A DNA stretch of 52,238 bases from a bacterium (lineage in GTDB: Bacteria > SZUA-182 > DTGQ01), in contig JBFMGO010000031.1 of NCBI GenBank assembly GCA_040752695.1, forward strand, positions 1 to 52,238, written 5' to 3'. The position numbers and the translations under genes are program-made. Shown here in pieces: positions 1 to 12,720 of the stretch; the first letter of the stretch is position 1, and each line of letters starts with the position of its first letter. Below the pieces are notes generated by a model. It made no database searches. It saw only the letters and a program-made list of their open reading frames with translations, and was not told the origin of the DNA.

Positions 1-1
1 T

Positions 2-1330
2 TTGGTCTGTATCTTCATCTGGTTCTGGATCAGCAAACTGGAATCACACGGACCGAAGATCAGTCAGGATAATACAATTAAATTCTTGAATAAACCCCAA
101 ACCTTGCGTTTCGAAGTGGAGGATCTGGAAAGCGGCTTGCGCAGTATCCAGGTAACCGCATTGCAAAGCGACTCTCAAAAGGAGATCTATACGGAAGAAT
201 TACCTGGCAGTCTGCTCTGGAGCAGATTGAATACGGTCCGCAAAACCATCCAGATTACTTTTGATCCGATGAAAATGCAATTAAAAGAGGGACAGTTGAC
301 CTTCGCGGTATGTGCCCATGATTATTCCTGGCGGAATAAATTGACTGGTAATGCTACCATTTTCAACCAGACAGTCATTCTTGACCGGATACCGCCCACC
401 CTCTCCTGTTTGAGCACTCAACACTATCTTAACCGGGGAGGAACCGGCTTTGTGGTCTACCAAACCTCCAGCGATTCGGTAAAGAACGGTGTCTGGGTGA
501 ATGACACCTTTTTCCCCGGCTTTTCAATGAAATCTTCAATCTATCCCCAGGCTCACGCTGCCTATTTTGCTCTCCCCCACGATCCGCAGGAACCCAAAAT
601 CGAGCTGGCCTCAGAGGATGAAGCCGGGAATGTCGCCAGGACCGATTTTTATTACCTTTTACGAAAGAAGTCCTTCCGGAAAGACTCTCTGAATATCAGT
701 AATTCATTCCTCCAAAAGAAAATACCACAATTTTATTCCATTGACGCTGCCTTAAGTGGAATGTCTCCCACCGATGCATTCTTAAAAATAAATAACTACT
801 GGCGGGATCAAAACCATCGCCGAATTCGTGAAATCTGCCAACAGACCAATCCGGATTGCCTGTGGGAAGGATCATTTTTACGGCTCCCGAATGCCAAACC
901 CTCTGCCTTGTACGCTGACCATCGCTTTTACTTCTATGAAGGGCGCAAGATCGATGAACAAACCCACCTGGGAGTAGATCTGGCCTCACTCGCCCATTCC
1001 CCTGTGCCTGCCGCCAACAGCGGCATTATCATCTTCCAGGACGAATTGGGAATATATGGGAAATCGGTTATCGTCGATCATGGCCAGAATCTGTTCAGTA
1101 TGTATAGCCATCTCAGTAACATTTCCGTCTCTTTAGGGGAAAGGGTAGAAAGAGGACAAACTATCGGCACAACCGGAGACACCGGTTGGGCTGGTGGAGA
1201 CCACTTGCATCTTTCCATGATGATTGGCGGAACTTTCGTTAATCCGATCGAATGGTGGGATGAGCACTGGATCCAAGACAATATTGAACTGAAACTGGCT
1301 ATTCTCTCTCCTTCGGGGAAAAGAAGATAG
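2..1330 (+). CDS. M23 family metallopeptidase (5' end probably outside window)
   Basis: C-terminal M23 motifs HLGVD (HxxxD) and HLH, with YGKSVIVDHG and YSHL; frame open to window edge. Confidence 0.9.
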   Translation: MVCIFIWFWISKLESHGPKISQDNTIKFLNKPQTLRFEVEDLESGLRSIQVTALQSDSQKEIYTEELPGSLLWSRLNTVRKTIQITFDPMKMQLKEGQLTFAVCAHDYSWRNKLTGNATIFNQTVILDRIPPTLSCLSTQHYLNRGGTGFVVYQTSSDSVKNGVWVNDTFFPGFSMKSSIYPQAHAAYFALPHDPQEPKIELASEDEAGNVARTDFYYLLRKKSFRKDSLNISNSFLQKKIPQFYSIDAALSGMSPTDAFLKINNYWRDQNHRRIREICQQTNPDCLWEGSFLRLPNAKPSALYADHRFYFYEGRKIDEQTHLGVDLASLAHSPVPAANSGIIIFQDELGIYGKSVIVDHGQNLFSMYSHLSNISVSLGERVERGQTIGTTGDTGWAGGDHLHLSMMIGGTFVNPIEWWDEHWIQDNIELKLAILSPSGKRR

Positions 1331-1421
1331 AAATATCACGGGAGTAAAAAAAGAAAACCCCGGGTGAAAAAAGAAATCCGGGAAAAAAGAAAGAAAAAGA
1401 GAAAAAGGGGGAGAAAAAACG

Positions 1422-1458
1422 TTAACCACGAAACACGAATGTTTCGTGGTTAATTTTT
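1422..1458. terminator. Hairpin between convergent genes, probable bidirectional intrinsic terminator
   Basis: ttaaccacgaaaca-cgaa-tgtttcgtggttaa, a perfect 14-bp stem with an A-run before and a T-run after. Confidence 0.75.
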
Positions 1459-1495
1459 CCTTTTCATGGTTTGTCAAGCGCGGGGGGGGAATCGC

Positions 1496-3504
<2,009 letters not shown>

Positions 3505-3516
3505 TCACTTTTTCCG

Positions 3517-4452
3517 TTAAAATAAGCCGCCGCTTGCTTTTTTGGCAGCCTCCAGCTCGATTACGTTAGCTGCGCTTAAAATTCCTAACAAGTCTAAGGT
3601 TATTAAATCTCTTCGCATCTTGTTGTAATTGATTCTCAATCCCCTCAGGGTTTCCTCTGCCCGGTCGGAAGCCTCTTCCATAGCCATCATTCGGGCTCCC
3701 TGCTCACTGGCATAAGATTCGAGCAGCATATCGAAGACCTGAATCCGAAAGTAAGTCGGGATGAGTTCCTTCAAGATGGAAATGGGATCCGGCTCATAGA
3801 TCCAATCCTCAAAAGATTGGAACTTGCCTGGCGTCGCCAAGATATCGAAGCTCAATGGAAGCATCTTTAAAACAGTCGGCTCTCGTTTAACCGGACTGTA
3901 GAATTTCGTATAGGCACAGTATATTTCTTTGACATCATCATCGTTAAAGAACCTGACCATAGTCACCAATAACTTGATGGCGTCAGAGATTGACACGCCT
4001 TCGTCCGACCATTTCTCCATACCGAGAATAGGAGTTTTCGTTTTTCGCCGAAAAAACTCCTCGCTTTTGATCCCTTTGCAGAAAACTGCACAGGGTTGGC
4101 CAGCTCTTTGTATTTCCTCAATTTTCGCCTGGGCCAGACGGCCTATCTGACCGTTGTAACTCCCGCACATCCCTATGTCGGAGCCGACAACAATGAAAAT
4201 AGCCTTCCCTTCGCCCCGCTTTGCCCTGAACAAGGGAGAAACCTCTGCAATCTTATCCCCAAGTTCAGCCACATAGTAGGATTGGACAAGAACAATCTCC
4301 CTCATTTTCTCTGCATAAGCACGCAATGAGGAAGCCTTGTTTCTCGACCGGGCCAGCTTCGCAGCAGCGACAGTAGACATGGTCTGGGTCGTCGCCTTGA
4401 TATTCTCAACACTACCAATGTGCTGTTTTAATTCGATCAGTTTCTGTGACAT
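3517..4452 (-). CDS. atpG: F-type ATP synthase subunit gamma
   Basis: SDIGMCGSYN and ASEQGARMMAMEEASDRA motifs; position between alpha and beta. Confidence 0.97.
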   Translation of the reverse strand: MSQKLIELKQHIGSVENIKATTQTMSTVAAAKLARSRNKASSLRAYAEKMREIVLVQSYYVAELGDKIAEVSPLFRAKRGEGKAIFIVVGSDIGMCGSYNGQIGRLAQAKIEEIQRAGQPCAVFCKGIKSEEFFRRKTKTPILGMEKWSDEGVSISDAIKLLVTMVRFFNDDDVKEIYCAYTKFYSPVKREPTVLKMLPLSFDILATPGKFQSFEDWIYEPDPISILKELIPTYFRIQVFDMLLESYASEQGARMMAMEEASDRAEETLRGLRINYNKMRRDLITLDLLGILSAANVIELEAAKKASGGLF

Positions 4453-4496
4453 GGTATCCTTCTCATTTCACCGGTTTTCCCCTGCAATTCTCACCC

Positions 4497-6299
4497 TTAG
4501 GCCTTGATAAAGGTATTTTTGAATTCAGTGACTGCCTTCTTCAATAATCCTTCGATCTCCTGGTTAATATCCTTAAGCTCAAGGATTTTCGAGAATATCT
4601 GGGGATAATTCTGGCGAATATAGAGGACCAGTTCTTTTTCAAAATCACTCATCCTCTTGACCGGAACATCATCCACAAAACCATTAACGACCGCAAAAAT
4701 AATGGCGATTTGCTCCTCTACCGGCATTGGTGCGTACTGAACCTGCTTCAGGAGTTCCCGTCCACGCTCACCACGTGCCAATTGTGCTTTGGTAGCCTCG
4801 TCAAGTTCTGCTCCGAATTTTACGAAGGCAGCCATTTCATGGTATTGTGACAAGTCCACGCGCATACGGCCGGCCACTTTTTTCATGGCCTTCAACTGGG
4901 CTGCACCACCGACTCGGGAGACCGACAGACCCACGTTAATTGCAGGCCTGAAACCGGTGTTGAACAATTCGTTTTGAAGATAGATCTGACCATCCGTAAT
5001 CGAGATGACGTTCGTGGAAATATAAGCGGTAACGTCACCGCCCAGAGTTTCAATAATGGGAAGGGCGGTCAGAGACCCCCCTCCTAAATCGTCACGCAGT
5101 TTGGCTGCTCTTTCCAAAAGCCGGGAATGGATGTAGAAAATATCTCCCGGATAAGCCTCTCGACCGATCGGGCGCTTCAGCAAAGCGGACATTTCCCGAT
5201 AGGATATGGCGTGCTTTGAAAGGTCATCGTAAATGACCAGAGCATGCCGGCCCTGCTCCATAAATTCTTCACCAATGGCGCAGGCAGCATAAGGGGCTAA
5301 AAACCGGAAAGCGGTCTGCTCGTTCGATAGGGCCGCCACGATAATGGTATGCTTCATCGCCCCTTCTTTTTGCAGCACGTGAACCACTTTGGCTACGGCT
5401 GCTGCTTTTTGCCCTATGGCGCAATAGATACAGATCAAATCAGAATTCTTCTGATTTAAAATGGTATCCACGGCCAGAGCGGTCTTACCGATTTTTCTGT
5501 CACCGATGATCAGCTCACGCTGTCCTCTTCCGATCGGAACCAGGGCATCGATGGCTTTGAGTCCGGTCTGTACCGGCTCGCAGACCGATTTTCTGAGCAT
5601 AACCCCAGGGGCTTTACGCTCGATCAGTCGGTATTTATTCGATTCGATCTTTCCCTTGCCATCAATCGGAACAGCCATGGCATTGACGATCCTGCCGATC
5701 ATCCCGTCCCCGACGGGAACCTGCATCAACTGACCCGTGCAGGTTACCCGGCTCCCCTCCGGAATCTCTTCCTCGGGGGTGAGCAGAATGCATCCGACAC
5801 TGTTTCGCTCCAGGTTAAATGCCATGCCATAGCCGCCATTTTCAAACTGGACCACCTCATTATATCCAACTTTCCCCAAACCGGAGACGCGGGCGATACC
5901 GTCACCAACTTCCAAAACCACCCCTTCGCGTCCGATATCATCCACTTTAAACGATGGCTCTGTCGCCTCGATAAGCTTTCTGATCTGACTCGTTACGTCA
6001 TCAACCTTGGTTACATCGATTCCGTCCCTCAGCATGCGCAGCTTTTCTTCGAGGGTATCTGCAAAGGAATGTCGAATATCCAGGTTAATCTTCAAGTCTT
6101 CGGTCAGGAAAAGCACACTTCCTTCCTGTTTTGAATCCTCGAAAACCCTGATAGTGATTTTACGGTCAGAGAGTTCAGACAGCTTTTGTTCCAAGCTGTT
6201 CACAAAATTACTGTTGAGGGGCACAGAGGTGAGGAGGACCAGCGGTAATTTACATTCGGAGAGAACCTCTTTCAAATCCTGCTGTAAAATTTCTTTCAT
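4497..6299 (-). CDS. atpA: F-type ATP synthase subunit alpha with ~95-aa N-terminal delta(C-terminal)-like extension
   Basis: [63 protein letters not shown] just upstream of ATG 6299. Confidence 0.97.
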   Translation of the reverse strand: MKEILQQDLKEVLSECKLPLVLLTSVPLNSNFVNSLEQKLSELSDRKITIRVFEDSKQEGSVLFLTEDLKINLDIRHSFADTLEEKLRMLRDGIDVTKVDDVTSQIRKLIEATEPSFKVDDIGREGVVLEVGDGIARVSGLGKVGYNEVVQFENGGYGMAFNLERNSVGCILLTPEEEIPEGSRVTCTGQLMQVPVGDGMIGRIVNAMAVPIDGKGKIESNKYRLIERKAPGVMLRKSVCEPVQTGLKAIDALVPIGRGQRELIIGDRKIGKTALAVDTILNQKNSDLICIYCAIGQKAAAVAKVVHVLQKEGAMKHTIIVAALSNEQTAFRFLAPYAACAIGEEFMEQGRHALVIYDDLSKHAISYREMSALLKRPIGREAYPGDIFYIHSRLLERAAKLRDDLGGGSLTALPIIETLGGDVTAYISTNVISITDGQIYLQNELFNTGFRPAINVGLSVSRVGGAAQLKAMKKVAGRMRVDLSQYHEMAAFVKFGAELDEATKAQLARGERGRELLKQVQYAPMPVEEQIAIIFAVVNGFVDDVPVKRMSDFEKELVLYIRQNYPQIFSKILELKDINQEIEGLLKKAVTEFKNTFIKA

Positions 6300-6353
6300 A
6301 AACCTTAGCCTTCCTTGATGATTCCTTCTTCAAGAATCCACTGGAATTAAAAG

Positions 6354-6854
6354 TTAATTAGTCATTCCCCCTCGGAGATAAGACTGTTTAAGGCTCTGCC
6401 CAACGGCACTTTCAATTAATGCCTTCTGGTAATCCTCATTGATCGATCCATACATGACTTTTCTGGAAGCCAGGGATACCAGGTCGATCAGCATTGCGTA
6501 CATCTCCCGCCGAATTTCCTCTTTTTCCCGCTCAATACCCGCCTTGGCTTCCTGAGCGATTCTGCTCGCCTCAGCCTTGGCCTGAACCAGGAGTTCATCG
6601 GCATTTTCCTGAGCCTTTTTTCGAATTACATCTGCATCCTGCCGAGCCGCGAGGATAATTTTTTCCCCGCTCTCCTTCAATTTAGCTACTTCTGCTCTGG
6701 CCGCATCAGCGGTTGCCAGTTCAGCGGCAACTTTGGCCTTTCTCTCTTCCAGGGTGTCCATGATCGGCCTGAAGAAGAGCTTTTTCATAATAACCAGAAG
6801 TATTAAAAAGTTCAGTATGCTAAAGAGAAATTTAAAAAAACTGAATCCTAGCAT
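6354..6854 (-). CDS. atpF: F-type ATP synthase subunit b
   Basis: N-terminal TM helix NFLILLVIMKKLFFRPI followed by an Ala/Glu/Lys-rich coiled coil; operon position. Confidence 0.93.
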   Translation of the reverse strand: MLGFSFFKFLFSILNFLILLVIMKKLFFRPIMDTLEERKAKVAAELATADAARAEVAKLKESGEKIILAARQDADVIRKKAQENADELLVQAKAEASRIAQEAKAGIEREKEEIRREMYAMLIDLVSLASRKVMYGSINEDYQKALIESAVGQSLKQSYLRGGMTN

Positions 6855-6935
6855 TCGTTCTTCACCTTATAAAAGTAGTGGAAAAAAATAAAAGTTATCC
6901 TTTTTCTATCCCTACTTGGTTCTTTTTTTTTCAGT

Positions 6936-7190
6936 TCAATGGATAAATGGATTTCCGAAAAGAAGAATCAAGGAAATCAGCAAGCAGTAAATAGCAAGAG
7001 CTTCAATAAGAGCCATAGCGATAAGCATGGTGGTAAAGGTTCTTCCGGCCATCTCCGGTTGTCTGGCAATACCTTCCAGTGCAGCCATTCCGATTTTTGA
7101 CATACCTAATGCAGCTCCCAGAGCCCCAATAGCAATAGCAATCACAGCACTAAAGGTTGTAACCATTTTCAGCACGATCATACTATCCAT
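6936..7190 (-). CDS. atpE: F-type ATP synthase subunit c
   Basis: Two TM helices, ARQPE loop, conserved Glu in MALIEALAIY. Confidence 0.97.
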   Translation of the reverse strand: MDSMIVLKMVTTFSAVIAIAIGALGAALGMSKIGMAALEGIARQPEMAGRTFTTMLIAMALIEALAIYCLLISLILLFGNPFIH

Positions 7191-7256
7191 GACGATTCAT
7201 ACCTCCATCTATATATGAGAGTTTATAAATTAAGTTATATAGTAAAACTGCTGCTT

Positions 7257-8030
7257 TTAGTGATGAATAGCAGCTTCCTCTTTCAGGTAAAAAGCGCTCA
7301 ACATGCAAAAGACGATTGTTTGAATTATGGCGGCCAGGATATCGATCAAAAGGATCATGAGGGGAATAAAGAGCGGGATCATCATCTTCCAGGTGCCCAG
7401 GGCAACCTGTGAAACCATGGCATATACCGTATGCTCTCCGAAGATGTTTCCAAAAAGTCGAAAAGAGAGCGACAGCAGCCTGGCAGCATTGTCCATAACA
7501 TGAAGCACAATCAATAGGCCCACAATGATTCTCATCATTGAGGAATATAAAAAGCCACTCAGCTTTTTGAGAAAGCCGGACTTTCCGTCACCTTCCTCAC
7601 CTTCCGCCTTTTCGGTCAGTTCAGGGTAAGGATTAACCCAGTCACCCAGGTATTTTTTGATGCCTTTTATCTTGATGCTGAGGATATGAACGCCGACCAG
7701 GGAAATGACAGCCAGTGCAACCGTTGTGCTTAAGTCCCCTGTAGGGCATTGGGCGTAAGGCAGGAGAAGAAAAAAGTTGGAAATAAAAACAAAGATGAAA
7801 AATGTTCCGATGAAGGGCAGGACCGTCGGCATGAGTGATTTGCCGAGCTCAGGCTCAAACGTGCCGAGTAAAAACTCGACTATGGCCTCCGCTATATTTT
7901 GAAGACCTTCCGGAACCCCCAGCGTTTTTTTGCTGAGAGCCAGTTTTGAAAAAAGAATCAATCCTCCTGTTACGAGCAGGGTCCAAAAAATTGATTCGCC
8001 TTGACTGAGAAAATGAATACCAGATCCCAT
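7257..8030 (-). CDS. atpB: F-type ATP synthase subunit a
   Basis: PEGLQNIAE, PTGDLSTT, LSLSFRLFGNI (essential Arg), IQTIVFCMLS. Confidence 0.95.
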   Translation of the reverse strand: MGSGIHFLSQGESIFWTLLVTGGLILFSKLALSKKTLGVPEGLQNIAEAIVEFLLGTFEPELGKSLMPTVLPFIGTFFIFVFISNFFLLLPYAQCPTGDLSTTVALAVISLVGVHILSIKIKGIKKYLGDWVNPYPELTEKAEGEEGDGKSGFLKKLSGFLYSSMMRIIVGLLIVLHVMDNAARLLSLSFRLFGNIFGEHTVYAMVSQVALGTWKMMIPLFIPLMILLIDILAAIIQTIVFCMLSAFYLKEEAAIHH

Positions 8031-8245
8031 GCACCCCTCCTAACCACATAAAAATGACACACATTAACCACACGTTAATAACATTTATCCTGAAACGTTT
8101 ACTTAAAATTTATGACATGTTACTTTAAAATAATAACAAAATGTCAGACAAATTTCAATTGGAATTCGGATGAATTGACATAAAAAATACACATTTTGCT
8201 GGGGAAGTACGGTCGAAAATTGTTCCATGAATGTTGATTCGTCGG

Positions 8246-8275
8246 ATTATATCATTTTGAATTTTATGCTGTCAA
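8246..8275 (-). promoter_or_regulatory. Sigma70-type promoter of the atp operon
   Basis: Minus strand TTGACA-18 nt-TATAAT with TG extended -10. Confidence 0.8.
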
Positions 8276-8410
8276 GTACGAACTTAAAATATATTTCCGT
8301 CTTCTCCCACTATAATCGTTTTTTATTCAGCCCCATAAATTCAGTCTATTAACAGGTGTATAATTATCGGCTGATTTGAAATTTTATCTTGCACCCAAAA
8401 GATTTCATCC

Positions 8411-10390
8411 TCACTCCTTATGAGATTCATCGATGAGCCAGATATTGACCATAGTAAAGGAAACCGCTTTATCAAAGACCGAAAGGACCTTGCGCACGGG
8501 TACCAAAAGAAGAATACACAGATCGTAGCCTTTCGCATACCAGTAGCCCAGGGAAAATTTCTCCGGAATGGAAAGGTCAAACAAATGGATGCCGTATTCA
8601 AACATGAAATAAATCAGCGTTCCGATAATCACGATACCAACGCTCTGGAGGTTGTGCAAGACCTGTGAATTGAGCATGGATACCGTTCGCGGGTCATAGA
8701 GAAGGGGAATGGTGGATTTCAGGGTTCCGGAAAGAGCATGGCTGTTATAGATGGCATGGTAGGCATGAGAGGCCGGGTTGAAGCCAAAAAGGGCCAAAAG
8801 GGGACCGATGATATATTCAAGCATGAGATTGGGCCATATTCCCACCACGACGATGACCAGGCCAAGAGAAACGAGGGAAATTTTCATGGCCCATGTCTCT
8901 TTGGGGAGCACGGCCTTTGACGAGACTTCATCCGCTGGCGGGGCCAGGAATACGGCAATGAACATCTTGGCGATATAGCACAGAGTGCCCGATGCGGTGA
9001 TCAGAAAGACAAGCTCAGCGAACCTCAGCCAGGGATCGGGCTGATGAAAGGGGGAAAAGTGGATAGAGTGTTCATAGGCCTCTACAATGGCGTGATGCAA
9101 AATGGTTTTACTGGCAAAACCGCCGAGCCCCGGAAACCCGGCAATACTGAAGGCCGCGATCAGGTAGATAAAAGCGGTTACCGGCAGGTGTTTCAAAAGG
9201 CCGCCAAGATGATCCATGCGCAATTCCCGCGTAGAGAAATACACCACTCCGATGGTTAAGAAGAGTGCGGACTTAAACAGAGCATGGTTGATTACGTGAT
9301 ACAGGCTTCCAGCCATGCCCATGGCTCCCTCGTTTCCCATGTAAAGGGCGCATCCGATCCCCATGACGATGTATCCCATCTGGCTGACGGTAGAATAGGC
9401 CAGGACTCTTTTGCAATTTTTGTCCAGCAGCGCATTCACCATTCCGCCGAACATGGTCAATATTCCGGTCCAGATCAGGATATAGCCCAACACCGCCATA
9501 ATGTGTCCTGTTTCGGCCGTAACCGGTGTAAAAAGAGTGTAAATGCTTCTGATGATTCCGTAGACACCTACCTTGACAATCAGTCCTGAGAGTATGGCAC
9601 TTGCGGGTGTCGGGGCAATCGGATGGGCCTTGGGCAGCCAGACATGGAGGAAAAAGATGCCCGCCTTGATGCCGAAACCGGCAATAAACCCGAAGGTAAT
9701 GAGGTATTTCAAAAAGATCGGCATCCGGCTGCTTACCAATCCGCCGAGCGGTTCCAGGGCTGTCGTTCCCGTATAGAAGAAGAGGATGAAAATCGATCCG
9801 AGAACGAGGAGGCCGCCGATGATGCTCATCAGGATATACAACCTGCCGGCAGCCATGGACTCTTTGGATTCTTCGTGAATGACCAGTACATAGGAAAAAA
9901 GAGTCATCAGCTCAAAAAAGACAAAGAGGGAAAAAAAGTCCCTGGTCAGGAACACGGCCATATTGGCCCCGAAGGTGAGAAGCATGAAGAGAAAGAATCT
10001 GCCTTGAGCATGCTCGTGGCTCATATAGCTGGTGGCGAAAAGGCTTGCGAGTGTCCAGACAAAAGCGGTAATGAGTGCGAATAAAAACCCCAGGCCGTCG
10101 AGGCCGAGGTCAAGGTGTACTCCCAGAATGGAGGGCAGGTTGTACTCCATGCCCTTGTAAAGGTGTCCGCCGATGGTTATCCCCAAGACCGCAGCCTGAT
10201 ACAGCGAAACTACCAGGGCCAGCGTAAAGAGGGTAGTCAGGACGACCAGGGTATTTCGTATTTTTTTATTTTTATGAGAAAGTGCCGTGAGCGCCGCCCC
10301 TATGAAAGGAACCATGATGATAATGGCCACAAGGGACGCCTTTGGGCTGATGGCAGAGGTTAAAGGCTGGATTATCTGTGTATTAATCAT
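8411..10390 (-). CDS. Proton-conducting antiporter-like membrane subunit (MrpA/D, NuoL, HyfB-like), large, cassette 1
   Basis: FFELMT, GIKAGIFFLHVWLPKAHP, KRVLAYSTVSQMGY, NHALFKSALF, GFASK. Confidence 0.92.
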   Translation of the reverse strand: MINTQIIQPLTSAISPKASLVAIIIMVPFIGAALTALSHKNKKIRNTLVVLTTLFTLALVVSLYQAAVLGITIGGHLYKGMEYNLPSILGVHLDLGLDGLGFLFALITAFVWTLASLFATSYMSHEHAQGRFFLFMLLTFGANMAVFLTRDFFSLFVFFELMTLFSYVLVIHEESKESMAAGRLYILMSIIGGLLVLGSIFILFFYTGTTALEPLGGLVSSRMPIFLKYLITFGFIAGFGIKAGIFFLHVWLPKAHPIAPTPASAILSGLIVKVGVYGIIRSIYTLFTPVTAETGHIMAVLGYILIWTGILTMFGGMVNALLDKNCKRVLAYSTVSQMGYIVMGIGCALYMGNEGAMGMAGSLYHVINHALFKSALFLTIGVVYFSTRELRMDHLGGLLKHLPVTAFIYLIAAFSIAGFPGLGGFASKTILHHAIVEAYEHSIHFSPFHQPDPWLRFAELVFLITASGTLCYIAKMFIAVFLAPPADEVSSKAVLPKETWAMKISLVSLGLVIVVVGIWPNLMLEYIIGPLLALFGFNPASHAYHAIYNSHALSGTLKSTIPLLYDPRTVSMLNSQVLHNLQSVGIVIIGTLIYFMFEYGIHLFDLSIPEKFSLGYWYAKGYDLCILLLVPVRKVLSVFDKAVSFTMVNIWLIDESHKE

Positions 10391-10421
10391 GCTTTTGTAT
10401 CTCCATGAAGAAATCTTATCA

Positions 10422-11948
10422 TCATTTGATATAAGACGTTGCCACGAGTCTTGCCAAACCTAAGGGGAGCTCAGGAAATATGGCAAAGAATATAATGCCG
10501 AGGGTTAAAACCAGCATGGGCAAAAGCATGGTCCAATTCGGATCTATGATCTTGCGTGCTCCTGCCTGCGGGTTTTGGTGTACATGACCTGATGCAGGCT
10601 CTCCACCCTGTACCTTGCCAAACCAGCCATCGATGATAACCGGGCCGTAGTAGATCGCATTCAATATGCTGCTGAGGATAAGACTGCCGATAATGACCAG
10701 CGAGCCCCCTGAGCTGATAACCCTTCCTTGAGCCGAGCTTAAGGCACCTATAGCCAGAAACCACTTGCTGAGGAATCCGACAAAGGGTGGAAAGCCGATC
10801 ATGGAGCAGGCGGCAATCGTAAAAATCAGCATCGTCAGGGGCATTTTCCGGCTGATTCCTTTCATGTCGCTGATGTTTTTTATGCCGGTCTGATAGGCAA
10901 TCGCTCCGGCGCACATGAAGAGCGCACCTTTCATCATGGCATGATTGAAAATGTGAAGAACGCTGCCGATCAGTCCTTCTCTTGAAAGCAGGGTTGCTCC
11001 CAGGATAACATAGCCGATCTGGGCTATGGAGGAATAAGCGAGCAGCCTTTTCAATTCGGTCTGAACCAGCGCGGCAACCGAACCCATAATCATGGTTACG
11101 ACAGCCACCACCATGATGACCGTATTGAATTGGTGATCCATAACCAGGGTTGAGCCATACACTGCATAGATGGTCCTGATGATTCCGTAAGCCCCTGCTT
11201 TAATCATCACGGCAGAGAGCAGAACGCTGGCCGGGGTTGGAGCTATGGGGTGGGCCTCAGGCAGCCAGACATGGACGGGAAACATCCCTGCTTTCACGGC
11301 AAAGCCAAATATATAGGCCCAGAAGATCCAGACAAAATAAGGGCTTGTCTGTAATATGACCAGTCCCTTTCCCGACAGATCCACGCTGCCTGTCTGAAGA
11401 TAGGTCATGATAATAGCCCCCAAAAGAACCAGGCCGCCGATCACTCCCATGAACAGGTACTTTGCCCCTGCCTGCATGGCCCTTTGACTTTCCTCGTGAA
11501 TGACCAGGAAATAGGAGAGGACACTCATGATCTCAAAAAAGATAAACAAGCTGACGAGGTTTCCGGTCGTTACCATTCCCAGCATGCCGAATAAGGAGAA
11601 AAGCGAGAAGGTATGAAAGCGGCTCTGGTCGTGCTCTTTTTTCATATACTCGATCGAGTACCACGAGGCCATAAGCCACACGAAAGCTATCGTCACCATC
11701 ACGAAGTAACCCAGGGCATCGAGGTAAAGGGAAAAAGGAATCTCAAGGCCGATGTCGATCTGGTACTTGGCTACCTGTGCACTGTGTATGTAAGGGTAGA
11801 TCAGGAATGCAAAAGCCAGAATCGCACCTGAAACGGCCGTAGTAACGATGCCTCCATTGCGGTCTGAAAAATTTTTCCCGAGAGCTCTCAGGATGGCTAC
11901 GCCGATAAGGGGCAAGACGAGAATAAAAATCATGTAGTTAGTGATCAT
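10422..11948 (-). CDS. MrpD-like antiporter-type membrane subunit, cassette 1
   Basis: FFEIMS, KAGMFPVHVWLPEAHP, KRLLAYSSIAQIGY, GFPPFVGFLSKW; start at ATG 11948 after GGAGG. Confidence 0.92.
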   Translation of the reverse strand: MITNYMIFILVLPLIGVAILRALGKNFSDRNGGIVTTAVSGAILAFAFLIYPYIHSAQVAKYQIDIGLEIPFSLYLDALGYFVMVTIAFVWLMASWYSIEYMKKEHDQSRFHTFSLFSLFGMLGMVTTGNLVSLFIFFEIMSVLSYFLVIHEESQRAMQAGAKYLFMGVIGGLVLLGAIIMTYLQTGSVDLSGKGLVILQTSPYFVWIFWAYIFGFAVKAGMFPVHVWLPEAHPIAPTPASVLLSAVMIKAGAYGIIRTIYAVYGSTLVMDHQFNTVIMVVAVVTMIMGSVAALVQTELKRLLAYSSIAQIGYVILGATLLSREGLIGSVLHIFNHAMMKGALFMCAGAIAYQTGIKNISDMKGISRKMPLTMLIFTIAACSMIGFPPFVGFLSKWFLAIGALSSAQGRVISSGGSLVIIGSLILSSILNAIYYGPVIIDGWFGKVQGGEPASGHVHQNPQAGARKIIDPNWTMLLPMLVLTLGIIFFAIFPELPLGLARLVATSYIK

Positions 11949-12051
11949 CTTTCCTCCAAGCTCATCTCTTTCGTTAACCTCTACTCTTGCTGGGGAAAAG
12001 GGAAGGGAAGTCAAAAGGGGCTGAAAGTTAAGGTTTTTATGTTCTTGTCTT

Positions 12052-12276
12052 TTAGGATCTTGCAATCCATAAGTTCATGAGGATAAAGAGAATAATGGCC
12101 GAAAGAATAAAAAAAACGTAGTTTCTCCAATATCCTGTATGAAGGGTCCTGGCCGCTTTTTTGCTCAGCAGGGCAAACCCGGACCCAAGGCCAAGGACGG
12201 CACGATTCAACGATCTTTCGAATCGATAGGTGGCAGAAGCCACCCCCTGTAACGTAAATGAAAACTTCGTTTTCAA
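12052..12276 (-). CDS. Small membrane protein resembling the NuoL/MrpA C-terminal helix + last TM, cassette 1
   Basis: TTG start 7 nt after AAGGAGG; LHTGYWRNY followed by a hydrophobic helix; paralog at 17849-18112. Confidence 0.75.
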   Translation of the reverse strand: MKTKFSFTLQGVASATYRFERSLNRAVLGLGSGFALLSKKAARTLHTGYWRNYVFFILSAIILFILMNLWIARS

Positions 12277-12379
12277 GAGGTATCCTCCTTCATCAATAGT
12301 GTTGTGCTTCGATTTCCGGGCCTTAATGTGCAGTTACGTGTGCGGGATAGTAATAAAACACTGTTATAAAACCTTTCTT

Positions 12380-12409
12380 ATTATGTCACTATATATTCTC
12401 AACTGTCAA
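12380..12409 (-). promoter_or_regulatory. Sigma70-type promoter of cassette 1
   Basis: Minus strand TTGACA-18 nt-CATAAT with TG extension. Confidence 0.65.
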
Positions 12410-12720
12410 GTGCCAAATTCACTCTTTTATTACAAAGCCGTTGTTACTTTTGTTAATTTACCATCGATTACGCTGAGTAACGAGGTGAAGTGCCATTTAG
12501 ACGATCTGTGCCCGCCGAGATGATATCTTTATGGATAATTGTTGGATTTTTTATCCAGGATTATCTTGACTAAAAGGATAAATAATGATAATGATTACAT
12601 GATATCTAACATTATGGATGCTTTTTATCGTGTTGCTCGCTTTGAGCCCGGGAATCAGCCTGGTACACCTTTAATCGGAAACCAAAAAATCAAAAAACTC
12701 TAAGTGTGGAGAAAAGACCT

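Noticed and set aside
11949..12065. 39-aa N-terminal extension of the MrpD-like ORF in the ORF track
   Set aside because: Overlaps the small gene; a good RBS precedes ATG 11948 and the paralog starts there.
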